A DNA stretch of 64,000 nucleotides from Ylistrum balloti (Eukaryota), in the NCBI RefSeq assembly GCF_031769215.1, contig NW_026782221.1, positions 186,001-250,000 of the forward strand, in the 5' to 3' direction. Below the pieces are notes generated by a model that saw only the letters and a program-made list of their open reading frames with translations, was not told where the DNA came from and searched no databases. The position numbers and the translations under genes are program-made. Below, piece after piece: positions 1 to 10,786 of this stretch (positions within the stretch are counted from its first letter, which is position 1; every line of letters begins with the position of its first letter).

Positions 1-650
1 AATTGGGTCCAGTGTAGGGACGCCGCGCTTTCAATTGGTAGGCCCTCAACCTGTTTCGGACTGTTTGGGGAGACACACGACGCCCAAACAATGTCCTTGT
101 AGTCTCTACTGCGGTTTCGAATCGATTGCGCAAGTGTATCAATCGTATACGACGGTCATCCCTGGCGGTCGTTTTACGGGGACGGCCGCTTCGGAGACGA
201 TCGGATGTTGACCCAGTTTGGTTTAAACGACTTACCAACTGGCAAATTGTCTTAACATTGCAACCAAAACGCCGTGCAACTCGACGGCGAGACTCCCCAG
301 CCTGGATCATGCCTACAGCCCTTTCTCTCTGTACTTGTGATAGCCGGGGCATAATGATAAAGTTAATAGATAGCAAGATTCTAAGATTTCTAAGTCCTAA
401 GGATCTAAGGAACAGTTGTCAGTTTGAATGTTTATGAAATTCAAGCGAAGATACAAGTTAGTCGCAGAAAACCTCGTGCAGCTCTTTCGCTAATACAGAC
501 TTTCACGCTTGAATGATTTTGGTAACTCCCTTGGATTTTGTAGTGTAACACATTGCCATTTTCTAATATTGCACAAACGTCATTTTGTTTTCACTCATTT
601 ACAGGTATTCGCCAAGAAAACATGTTAACCTTTCTTTTTTTTGTTGAGTA
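1..650 (-). mobile_element. Tc1/mariner DNA transposon, 5' part (TIR, leader and N-terminal transposase), truncated by the window edge
   Basis: Minus strand from ATG at 352 reads MPRLSQVQRERAVGMIQAGESRRRVARRFG...SDRLRSGRPRKTTARDDRRIRLIHLRNRF..., i.e. paired-like HTH plus the GRPR motif. After a 1-nt frameshift in the C5 run at 67-71 it continues QTVRNRLRAYQLKARRPYTGP. A Tc1-like terminus TA|TACTCAACAAAAAAAAGAAAGG lies at ~650. Confidence 0.85.
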
Positions 651-1706
651 TATATTAAAATGATATGTCAAAATAACATTACTACATATATACAAATAAA
701 TGTTTCATGTGCAAACCATTTCGGAACTAGACTTATCGACGGAAGTAATAAGAATGCTATCAAATCAGAAGAAATCGTGTCAAGTATCAGAGTTTATAGA
801 TACAACCAAGATGAGGTCGTAATAAATGTCAGCGGATATAACCTGTATCGTCATCATCCATCAGGTGATCGTGTTTTAAAGGTCTGGCTCTAGTTGCTCA
901 AAGGTCAGTTAGAATCAGCCAGTGGTTCGTGGAAAATCCTAATTATTTCCACTGTAGAAATAAAATAAGTTGTTAAAAGCAAAATGAAACTATAAATCTT
1001 ACCTGTCCCAAAACTCTACAGCTGTGAAATGAGTAAAAAAAATCCCAGTCTTGTTTTATTCTTATTTATAATTTTTCACTAACCTCTGATTATGTCTAAC
1101 CAGTCTTTCAACGATCGCGGCCAGATGTTTTAAAGTAGTCATTGTTATCGCAAAGTTCCACAACACTCCCTTACATACATATGTATAATGGAAAATGAGC
1201 TTTGTCAAATTCAACAGTATCTCAACCTGCATTCACAGAACACCAAAGCAGGATCCTGACAAGACCTGAAAGGTCTTCAAGTGTTGTACTTCTCGTCAGT
1301 AATCGACTAGACAGCCACATTTGTATACCCAAAACAAACCCTAGTTTTCTTTCAACATAAGAGGACATATTAAGGAAAGCGACCAAGTACATTCGGGAGA
1401 TCGAACCAGTTGTAATTGACATGCCAAATGCCCACTTAAGCAATGTAATAAATTGCTAACTGTCATTATTCTAACTGTAATAATTATTACAGGAAGGTTA
1501 ACCTTACTGTACAACGAAGCACATGAAAGACTGGGATTATAACCGAACATATGTGTTAGATTACCTAACTTTGTAATTTTAATCACAGAGAACCATATTC
1601 GCCAAATCAATATCGCTCAATAGTCTTCAGTTGTCAGAATAAGGAAGTCGGACAGCCACGTTACCATATCGAAGGAATATAGTTTAATACAATTGTGAAG
1701 ACCGAC

Positions 1707-2342
1707 GTACTGCTTTAGTAAACACCGGTCTGTCAGTGACAGTATATGAAACATTTATAATCACATTTAGTTTTAAGCTCAGTACCTTTCCAACATTTCC
1801 ATATAGATCAAGCTTGTGCAGTATCAACAGTCGAGGACTCATTACGCTTGTAAAATCAATATTAATGACATCTATATGTTTATGTTTGCCAAGGGTGAAA
1901 CAGAAGTGAGGTTGACAGAACGTGTTGTCAAAGGAGGAGTGCCATTTTGGGCCTTCTGGTGGCCATGACGAATACTTTTTATTTTTTGTCTATTAAAACC
2001 TTGAGGTCAGGCGGTAATGATATGACATTAATCTAAGGTCAGCTCAAGGCTGTTCAGTTGTTATAGGGGGGACGAGTGGGGGATCAAATTCATAATTATT
2101 GCAATAATTATCAAACTAAAATATTTTTTTTTAGTTTTTTTCTCTTAAATGTCATTTGATGATATATTTCAAAACCTTATAGAAAAAATGACCAAAAAAT
2201 ATGCCATTGTTGAAAAGTAGGTCACAGTAGTTAAGTGCCCTAATTACTAATTAAGTCACACTTGAGCACCGTTTTTTGTCTTTATGCATCTATAAACAAT
2301 ACGTTTATCACGTGCAGTGTATTTATTTGAAATATTTTTGCA
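1707..2342. repeat. Left arm of a ~636-bp inverted repeat (partner 3527-4161)
   Basis: Read directly as the reverse complement of 3527-4161. About 6 substitutions over the first ~600 bp, with a few more at the inner end. Identity stops abruptly at gtactgc (1707). Confidence 0.95.
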
Positions 2343-3802
2343 AATATGGTTGATATCAAAATGGAAAAAATCAATTTAGCACCGGGTTTCACAGGATAAT
2401 GAATGACCTTTGTGTATTACTTACGGGATTGTATTTTTGTTTACTGTTTTAGTAAGGGGAATGGTGGTGTTGGGATATTCATTTAGGAAGTCACAATCTG
2501 ACCAGTTCTCCACCGTCATTGCGTCATCAACACAACTAAGGAAACTTGAGGAGGCAGTTGTTTGTGCAGTATCAGACGGGTGTCGGTCATAAGAAAGATA
2601 CCATAGGACAGATGCAATGTGGGCACAGCAGCCGACTACTCCTGATATTGGGGTCAGTCCATTGGAATATTCAATCCAAAGATTGTACACCTTTTTCATC
2701 TCTGGACTTTCCACAAACGAAACATCGCGATTCAGTAAGCGTAGCTCGTGGAATATCAAGTTTGATTTTTTTAGAGTGAGGTGTCTCATTCTGATGGTCT
2801 AAACCACTGTTAGAATGCTCTACTGGTTCATGGTGTTTGTTGAATCTCCCTCTGCATTTCTTACATACAGGGTCACCTAAACATAAATCTCTATTGATGT
2901 TATCTTTCACGAAAGACAGAACATCTGCCTGATTCAGACAGTATATTCTGACTTTATAATCTGCTTTGCAGCAAGCACACTGCTTGCGTACTGGCATTTT
3001 ACAAAAATTACAAAAAGTTAATAAAAACTAAACAAAATACTATAATACTATTATATATATATCACACTTGTATGAATGAAATTATATTTAACATTTTAGT
3101 GATACACAAGATATGTGCACAAGTCAATGCATGTACGAACTGCACAGAACAAAGTATACTTATATATCTAGATATACCATGTATTACATACACTGCATTG
3201 TAGATTACTGAAGTTTGCTAGTGTTTGAAACAAGACCATTAACAAGGTATACATCAGGGAGATGTCATGATGTCATACTATTTTATGTTAAAGCTCTAGT
3301 GTCAAACCATCTGATGTTAAAGCTCAAGAATACAACTAATGCACGGAAGAATGATTATACTGTGAAATTTATTTGAAATAATTTTTCATACAGTATAATT
3401 CAATATTTATTTTCATTAACCGGAATAAGATAGTGACTAGTGCTCTTGCACTTTAAATTGTAACCAGTCTATTTAAATGGCATGCCTCTCTTACCCTGAC
3501 TATAACTTCATCATTGCTCTAATTCATGCAAAATTATTTCACATAAATACATTGCACGTGATAAACGTATTGTTTATAGATGCATAAAGACAAAAACCGG
3601 TGCTCAAGTGTGACTTAATTAGTAATTAGGGCACTTAACTACTGTGACCTACTTTTCAACAATGACATATTTTTTGGTCATTTTTTCTATAAGGTTTTGA
3701 AATATATCATCAAATGACATTTAAGAGAAAAAAACTAAAAAAAATATTTTAGTTTGATAATTATTGCAATAATTATGAATTTGATCCCCCACTCGTCCCC
3801 CC
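2066..3802 (-). mobile_element. Internally deleted DNA transposon with a SWIM-finger transposase remnant (probably PIF/Harbinger-ISL2EU group); putative ~277-bp TIRs starting GGGGGGACGAG
   Basis: ORF 2997-2671 gives a Cys-rich N-terminus (CACC...CKKC...CFVCG). It is fused near 2700, in another frame, to a C-terminal piece YNLWIEY...GCCAHIASVLWYL (SWIM second half), stop at 2421. No DDE core remains. Termini at TATA|GGGGGG (2066) and CCCCCC|TATA (3802) are inferred. Confidence 0.6.
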
Positions 3803-4161
3803 TATAACAACTGAACAGCCTTGAGCTGACCTTAGATTAATGTCATATCATTACCGCCTGACCTCAAGGTTTTATTAGACAAAAAATAAAAAGTATTCGT
3901 CATGGCCACCAGAAGGCCCAAAATGGCACTCCTCCTTTGACAACACGTTCTGTCAACCTCACTTCTGTTTCACCCTTGGCAAACATAAACATATAGATGT
4001 CATTGATATTGATTTTACAAGCGTAATGAGTCCTCGACTGTTGATACTGCACAAGCTTGATCTATATGGAAATGTTGGAAAGGTACTGAGCTTAAAACTA
4101 AATGTGATTATAAATGCTTCATATACTGTCACTGACAGACCGGTGTTCACTAAAGCAGTAC
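3527..4161. repeat. Right arm of the ~636-bp inverted repeat
   Basis: Reverse complement of 1707-2342. Confidence 0.95.
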
Positions 4162-4440
4162 TGAAGGACAATCATGGCTCTAACATACAAGTATTTGTAG
4201 AGGACACCAAGCTGTCATCCGGTAATGGTAATGTCACAAAATACACAACAGCTCCAATAGTACATCGCTGTCTGATATACAGCAGAAGACAAAGAAATTA
4301 AAAGATCTTAAAAATAACCCAAAAGAAAATAAACACTGGATATTCGCTAATCCTGGATTACTGTTCAAAAGTTTCACGTACGTTAATTCATCCATGATTC
4401 GAACTCTGTGCAAAACTCGCATACGCCATCATGTTTAACA
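3895..4440 (+). pseudogene. Degraded CR1-like LINE reverse transcriptase remnant
   Basis: HIDVIDIDFTS..RLLILHKLDLYGNVGKVL resembles vDvIylDFsKAFD..rLLhKL..YGi.Gk.L. SNIQVFVEDTKL (FVED at 4194-4205) resembles S.i.lFADDTKL. ANPGLLFKSFTYVNSSMIRTLCKTRIRHH resembles AnrmLGlikRsFtyld.....LYkslvRPH. Confidence 0.65.
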
Positions 4441-4743
4441 TTATTATTATTCTCTTTATTGCCTCCAGAGATGAAGATTACAGAAGAATGTTGAACATAT
4501 ATACAAAGCGTACGATACATATATAAATGATTACAGAATATGAATAACATAGATACACACTTTATGCTTTAGGAGTAGGCATATCAAGTGCAAATTAAGC
4601 GAAAGGGGGTATTTTAAGGTATACCCATAGAGTTTCAAAATACAATTTTCTGACACAAATCAGGTAAATTATAATGAATTGTTAAGTCACATGACTCCTA
4701 CAAAATGTACATGGACTATTTGTTATCCTTACCATTATATATA

Positions 4744-7700
4744 TTAATTATAATATAGTTTACACATCTTGAACACACAAATACAGGATTTTATCCTGAA
4801 TTCAATCAGCTCTTCTGCACTAATTTGATAGTTTACATTTCCTCCAATCAATATATGTAATAACTGAAGGTCTGGGAGAGAGTGTAAATAAACACTAAAC
4901 AGTATATCTGTGGTATTAATTATACAGCACCACAGTTGGTCCCTCAACTCGGAAGTATAAATACACTGTAGCACTAGATGTGTCATAGGGTCTTGATATA
5001 GAAACCCACATTTGTGACATAATTCCATGGTAGTCAAGCTACGAATGGTTACCACTATTTTCATCATGTAATGTATATATTTTCTGTATTGAGGAAATCG
5101 AAGTGCTAACTTCCATAAAATACTAGGTTTGGGTTGGTTATGTATTTCTCTAAACCTTGTAAAATCATCATCAAACTTCATACGTTCCTTTAGATTGTAC
5201 TCTTCATATTTCATTACAGCATTATATACTGTTGTTTTCCAATGGCTTTTCTTTCGAAAAATTCCAGTTTCTACAAAAGTATCTAGATTTTGAAGCAGTG
5301 AATACTTTTTTAATATTTTGACTATGTCTGGGATGAAACCGATCTGGTATGGTCTACCTAGTCGAAACAAAAATAGTCTGGTAATGAAAACTTTATAAAC
5401 AAAAGACATTGTTTTCAATCTACACAATCTTCCAAAAAATAACAACTTTCTAATGTCTATATATGCTTCGATAGAGGTCCAACCAAGTAAAGATGTACAC
5501 ATATCTGTTCTGGTTCTCTTTTCAAACCCTTGAACAGATTTAACAATAAAATGTTGCGCCCTTTCTAGCATTATTATTTCGGTTTTTGTCAATTGCCAAA
5601 GCTCACATCCGTATAAGGCTGATGGATAAACTTTAATTTTGATAAGCTTCGCCACTGTTAAAGGGTTTAGAGCACAAGGATGTGCACCAGAACGAACAAG
5701 GGACATCGTACCCGATCTTAACTTATTACATGCACGTGCTGTTCTCTCAAATGAGTTCTGTTTACAGTTTAATAAGATACCAACATGTGTAATGCCATCA
5801 GTCTGTGGTATAATACAATTGTACAGATAAAGCTCATTATACACAGTGCAAGTTCTACTATTTGGGTTTGTGAAGGTAACAATTTTGCTTTTTACAGCAG
5901 AGAATGAAAAACGCCATCTTTTACTATAATTTTCACTTATTGATATCATTTTCTGAAGACTTCTAAGACTCGTACTGACCAAACAGATGTCGTCTGCTTG
6001 AGTAGGAACATTAACATTTAAATCAACAATTACTGCTCCTAGGCCAGAATTCTCTATTTCATTTAGTAAATCGTTAATAAATACTAGGTACATTTTGGCA
6101 GACAATGCCCCTCCCTGTAATATTCCACGTTCCATTTTGAGCATGGAGGATTTTAACCCATTGAATAAAACACAACTTTCAACATTTGTATACATACATT
6201 TTAGTAAAATCCACGTCTTCGCATTTAATCCTAATTCATAAATTTTGTACAATAGTCCAGCGTGCCACACAGTGTCGAACGCTTTGTTACTATCTAAGAA
6301 AGCAACATGGACGTTGGAACCATATTCAATATTGTGACTTATACATTCTTGAAGACTGAATGATGTGCATAGACTACACAAATCTTTTTGATAGGCAGAC
6401 TGTTGTCTATTTGGAAATACACGGGAATTTAAAACTCGTTGGATTCTTTGTGCTAAAACCATTTCAAATATTTTAAAAAATACAGGTAATAATGTGATCC
6501 CCCTGTAGCTGTTGGGGTCTTCTTTCTTTTTACCTTGACCTTTATACAATGTTATAATAATGCCTTTTTTCCAGTCTTTTGGAATGTATTCGTTTTTTAT
6601 GACATTATTAAATAAGGTGGCGATATATTCAAAAAGTACTGTTCCACCATGTTTAATGTGTTCGTATACTATACCGTCCCACCCTCCTGCTTTTTTAGAT
6701 TTGAGACCTCTAGACACCAAGGCAATTTCTGAAGTGGTAATGCATTCGTTCAGGTATATGTCTACCTCATTATGAACTTTCTTTTCAATTTCGTTCACGC
6801 GGTTTATGATTTCTCTTTGGAACGTGTTGTCCAATTCTTCATTCGGTTTATCATGGAACAAATTTTCGAAATGTGTCGCCCACGCTTCGACGATATTTTT
6901 GGGGTCTCGTAAAATTACATTGTTGTATTTCATTTCAGTCTGAAGTGTTTTGCTTTTACAAGATTTACCTTTGTATAATTGCCAGAATAAATTCTGGTCA
7001 AGTTCACTGGATTTTTCTATTTCATTAAATTGTTCAGACATATACCTATTAAATGCATCACGAAGTTTTCTTCTGAAAGAAGTTTTGCTCTCTTTATACT
7101 GCAGAAAACTATGATAGAAATTTCTAGGTTTTCCTTCATTTAGCCATTTTTGCCTTTTAATTTGCACCGAAGTGTGCATTTCTGACAATTCTTTAGACCA
7201 ATATGGTTTTAAATAGCTCTTGTACTTTTTTATAGGCAAGGTAGAGTTGGAGGATTGCAATATAGCTGAAACAATATCTTTGGAGAACTGGTCTATGCAT
7301 TCGTTAGACATTTGTCCGGCAGGCAATTCTATTAACTTTAAATTATTTCCCAACTCCAGCATATAATTATTAATATTACCGTTATGCAGGACTTTTTTCC
7401 AGTTATATTTCACAAAATTTGATGTATTTGATGCATTACACCGATATAGCAACGGTGAGACCTTTATAGAACATACAATAGGGCTGTGCTCAGACACATT
7501 CATAGCTTCATCATCTAGTACTTCACATGAATCAACTAAGTCAATCTTATTTGACTGGACAAGAACATGGTCAATACAAGTACAGTTACCCGTCTGAGGC
7601 CAAAATGTATAAACAGGTCCCTTGCAGTCTGATTGTACGTTGGCAGACAGTAGGTTCATTCTATCTAAAAATAATCGGAAAATTGTGGATCTCTCGTCAT

Positions 7701-8214
7701 CTTTAAATTGGTACCGGGGACCCTTAATTTTAACATTTAAGTCACCTATAACTATCACTAGTCCTTGTTCCGAATAAACAGAGACAAGCGATTCTAATAG
7801 GTCTATGTGGTCAGTGAACATTTCAATAGGTCTCGAGGAGGCTGGCATATAAGCCAGAAAACAATATATATGCTCCCCATTCTGAGTTTGAATCTCACTT
7901 CCAATAACTCTCGGACTATCCACAGGGATTTCTTGAACAATTAGCGATTTGTCTTTGTACAGAATACCAACACCACCTCTAATACTACATCTGTAACGTA
8001 GTGGGTCAATTTCATAGACTGGTTTTGCTATATAAGAGTAACCGCTACTTTTAAAAGTATCAAAAAAGGACATGCTATATTCTCTCAGCCAGTGTTCGGA
8101 GACACCGCATATATCAATGCTGTGTGTATTGAGACAATTAAGAAGATACGGCGTGCCAGCCATTATCCCCTCGATGTTCCAACACATAATGTTAAGTTTT
8201 TCAGCCACGCCCAT
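4744..8214 (-). CDS. Retrotransposon ORF2: apurinic-like endonuclease + reverse transcriptase + C-terminal CCHC finger (1156 aa)
   Basis: Endonuclease motifs WNIEG, VSEHWL, RGGVGILYK, IGDLN, IDHVLV, SEHSPI. RT motifs YRGITLL, FLDSNKAFDTVWH, GILQGGALS, QADD. C-terminal CHKC-x9-H-x4-C. Confidence 0.97.
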   Translation of the reverse strand: MGVAEKLNIMCWNIEGIMAGTPYLLNCLNTHSIDICGVSEHWLREYSMSFFDTFKSSGYSYIAKPVYEIDPLRYRCSIRGGVGILYKDKSLIVQEIPVDSPRVIGSEIQTQNGEHIYCFLAYMPASSRPIEMFTDHIDLLESLVSVYSEQGLVIVIGDLNVKIKGPRYQFKDDERSTIFRLFLDRMNLLSANVQSDCKGPVYTFWPQTGNCTCIDHVLVQSNKIDLVDSCEVLDDEAMNVSEHSPIVCSIKVSPLLYRCNASNTSNFVKYNWKKVLHNGNINNYMLELGNNLKLIELPAGQMSNECIDQFSKDIVSAILQSSNSTLPIKKYKSYLKPYWSKELSEMHTSVQIKRQKWLNEGKPRNFYHSFLQYKESKTSFRRKLRDAFNRYMSEQFNEIEKSSELDQNLFWQLYKGKSCKSKTLQTEMKYNNVILRDPKNIVEAWATHFENLFHDKPNEELDNTFQREIINRVNEIEKKVHNEVDIYLNECITTSEIALVSRGLKSKKAGGWDGIVYEHIKHGGTVLFEYIATLFNNVIKNEYIPKDWKKGIIITLYKGQGKKKEDPNSYRGITLLPVFFKIFEMVLAQRIQRVLNSRVFPNRQQSAYQKDLCSLCTSFSLQECISHNIEYGSNVHVAFLDSNKAFDTVWHAGLLYKIYELGLNAKTWILLKCMYTNVESCVLFNGLKSSMLKMERGILQGGALSAKMYLVFINDLLNEIENSGLGAVIVDLNVNVPTQADDICLVSTSLRSLQKMISISENYSKRWRFSFSAVKSKIVTFTNPNSRTCTVYNELYLYNCIIPQTDGITHVGILLNCKQNSFERTARACNKLRSGTMSLVRSGAHPCALNPLTVAKLIKIKVYPSALYGCELWQLTKTEIIMLERAQHFIVKSVQGFEKRTRTDMCTSLLGWTSIEAYIDIRKLLFFGRLCRLKTMSFVYKVFITRLFLFRLGRPYQIGFIPDIVKILKKYSLLQNLDTFVETGIFRKKSHWKTTVYNAVMKYEEYNLKERMKFDDDFTRFREIHNQPKPSILWKLALRFPQYRKYIHYMMKIVVTIRSLTTMELCHKCGFLYQDPMTHLVLQCIYTSELRDQLWCCIINTTDILFSVYLHSLPDLQLLHILIGGNVNYQISAEELIEFRIKSCICVFKMCKLYYN

Positions 8215-10087
8215 TCTCAGTTAGAAATACTTCGCGAGGAAGCCACGGGCGTACATATATGCCTTCTGGCCAGAAAGACCGGTTTCCAACAAAACATTTG
8301 CCGTCATCTACCACGTTTAGTTGTGCCGAGGCTGTTCGTTTGTAGTCCCTTTCGAAATATCGAAGAAAAGTAACTTTGACATTTTTTCGCTCGAGGTATT
8401 GTCGCATCAGCTCCTCTGACGAAGTGGCCTTATTGATACCATGCACATAGAATCTTTGGACTCTACTACGATTCACAGGTTTAAATCCACCAAACTGTTC
8501 GCGCTGTATGTTACATACTGATGAAGGGCAGTGGACTTGTATTGGTTTTGGTTTATCATTTGTCTGTTCAATCCTGGTATTATCGGTTGTAGATTTTTCT
8601 AGTGGAGAAATTTTCGGCACTGATGAAGAGCAGTGAACTGGTATAGGTTTTGGCTCCTCGTTTATCCGTTTGTCTGTCGTACCATCACTTGCAAATTTGC
8701 TGATAGTATCACTTTTCCTTTGCTTGTTGCTGCTGGTGTCGTCTAACACATGAAATCTGTTTGACAGATTAAGTGTCGGCTGTGTTGCTTTGTTGTCCCT
8801 CGACTTGCCTTGTGTCATAACTGTTCGTTGGGCGTCTTTGTGGTCCTTTGAAACCCTCTTTTTGAGATCGTTTAGTTGTTTTTGTAGAGTTGATGTCGAC
8901 AATTTTAAATGTTCTATCGCTTCTTCTAAGTTTTTGTACTCCGTATCTTGTTGCTTCATTTTCTGATTTGTAAGCCTTATTTGGTATTTAAGACTCGCCA
9001 CACCGTTTTGTTGTTCATTATCATATCTTTGTGCGATATTCAGACAGTCTGTCATTTTCTCCTTAGTTCCAGAAATATCAGATTTCAATATGTTAATTTT
9101 CTTTTCGATATTTACACCAAGTTTTTGAATTAAATTGTCTTGCTCATTAATGTCTTCCTTATTGTTGTTAACATTTATCTCCAACTTGTTGTTTTCTTGT
9201 CTTATGGTTTCGATTTTCTGTTGTGTCTCCTTTTCTATTTGTTCTAATTTACTTTTAATTGTTCCGTTCTCTTTCTCACAATTTTCTAACTGATTTTTCA
9301 ATGTCTTTATCTCCACCTGAAACTTTTTAGCTCTATTTTGGGCACCTTTTTCTTTCAAAAGTTTCTTCATTGTGCTTTTCAGTTCATCTATCTGTTCATT
9401 ATAGTTTGTTTTCAATTCGAGGATCTCTCGTTGTATCGCGACCACAGTTTCGGTCAACACATGTACACCAGCTACATCGTCAGATTGTGTCTGTGATTTT
9501 TGAAAAGGTGCGTTTACGCTACCGATTCGCTTTTTCTTTGTGGGTACAACTTCTGCGATATCATCAGAAAATTCACCGTCACATGCAAGCAACAAAGTAA
9601 AGCAGTCTTTCGATAATTTTTTCTGCAAGGACGCAGGTACAGTTTGACCCCATTTTCGCGTTTCAATTCGTCGTCTCAGATAACCATCTTTCACGGGGAA
9701 ATCATCACGCGCTACGGCTTTCTGATAAAGTTCATTCCTGATCATCTCTAAGTCCGTGACATTGTCTCTGGTTAATTTTCGGATGTAGTCAATTACTATT
9801 GTTCGTGGTTGATTTTTAATGTTTTCAATTTCAGTGATATAATACTTCATTGTACTAGTATTATGGGTATTAGCACTGTTCTCAGTCGAGGTGCTGGTTT
9901 GGGTATCATCCCAGTCACTATCATCAGCATCACAGATGACGTTTTCGCGTTGTCCATTTTGCCATGGGCTAATTAGCATGTCGGGTAGCACCACGTTAGT
10001 GAGGGTTGTGTAACGAGGGGTGTGATTGCCGTCACTTACACTTACTGATATATCGTCGCAACTTTCGGCTACATTTACATCCGCCAT
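8201..10087 (-). CDS. Retrotransposon ORF1: coiled coil plus C-terminal RRM-like domain (628 aa from ATG 10087)
   Basis: Long heptad-rich central region. C-terminal RFYVHGI...FWPEGIYVRPW is typical of non-LTR ORF1 RRM-like domains. It overlaps the ORF2 start by 14 nt. The track start at 10093 is TTG; the first ATG is 10087. Confidence 0.88.
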   Translation of the reverse strand: MADVNVAESCDDISVSVSDGNHTPRYTTLTNVVLPDMLISPWQNGQRENVICDADDSDWDDTQTSTSTENSANTHNTSTMKYYITEIENIKNQPRTIVIDYIRKLTRDNVTDLEMIRNELYQKAVARDDFPVKDGYLRRRIETRKWGQTVPASLQKKLSKDCFTLLLACDGEFSDDIAEVVPTKKKRIGSVNAPFQKSQTQSDDVAGVHVLTETVVAIQREILELKTNYNEQIDELKSTMKKLLKEKGAQNRAKKFQVEIKTLKNQLENCEKENGTIKSKLEQIEKETQQKIETIRQENNKLEINVNNNKEDINEQDNLIQKLGVNIEKKINILKSDISGTKEKMTDCLNIAQRYDNEQQNGVASLKYQIRLTNQKMKQQDTEYKNLEEAIEHLKLSTSTLQKQLNDLKKRVSKDHKDAQRTVMTQGKSRDNKATQPTLNLSNRFHVLDDTSSNKQRKSDTISKFASDGTTDKRINEEPKPIPVHCSSSVPKISPLEKSTTDNTRIEQTNDKPKPIQVHCPSSVCNIQREQFGGFKPVNRSRVQRFYVHGINKATSSEELMRQYLERKNVKVTFLRYFERDYKRTASAQLNVVDDGKCFVGNRSFWPEGIYVRPWLPREVFLTENGRG

Positions 10088-10786
10088 AGTCAATAAATAG
10101 CAACAAAATCAAAATTCGATGCTTCAACTTATTTACGTGAAAACAGTACATAGTGAGTACCATCAGTGACAAATAGATTATATCTGAAACATACAGATAC
10201 ACGTGTCTGATAGTTGATGGGACAAAGGATACTACATGATGTGCCAGCTAGAGAAGAAGACAAATTACTTCATCTAAGCATCTACAGCACAATAAAGAGA
10301 ACATTAAAAAACAAAACAAAACAAACAAAAACATAACCATTAATCAAAGTACACAAGGTATAGTTCACCTGAATTTTTTTCATCCTCCGAAATATAGAAC
10401 TACGGTTTTATGAATTTTCATCAATCAACTAGTTCATTACATTATGTAAAATAGCTTATTTCAACAACTATTTATATTTTTAAATGTTGTATTTAAGTAA
10501 ATTCTGGGATCAATTCTGTCGAATTACCTCGCGTGCCAACAGTCAGCTGTTTTCCGTCACTGCCGAATACAGTAAAATTATATGTGGCAAGTACATTCCG
10601 ACAACGGCGGTCCAGTTGCAGTGTAAATTGGGTTCTTCGGTAGGAGTTTCGTCTCGTTTGAAGTTGGAGTTACCTCCCTTGTATCACAAACCCGGAAATG
10701 CGAATACACGTACACGTTGTGGGTTTGTAAACAAAACGGTACGGCACTTTTGTAAGCGACAATCGTAACGTTCTGAAGAATACAAC

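Larger units (their letters stand above)
4441..10141 (-). mobile_element. Apparently full-length two-ORF non-LTR retrotransposon (RTE-X-like)
   Basis: ORF1 and ORF2 are both open. The minus-strand 3' end reads GGAGGC-AATAAA-GAG-AATAATAATAAT at ~4460-4441. A candidate 4-bp target duplication AACA lies at 4437-4440 and 10142-10145. Clade assignment is from tail and domain layout, not from a tree. Confidence 0.85.

Noticed and set aside
1707-4161. Inverted repeat as a pure fold-back read artefact
   Set aside because: The arms differ by several substitutions and enclose 1.2 kb of unique transposon sequence; read-level confirmation is still advisable.
5639-9600. Short plus-strand ORFs within the retrotransposon
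   Set aside because: Antisense shadows of ORF1/ORF2 with no motifs.
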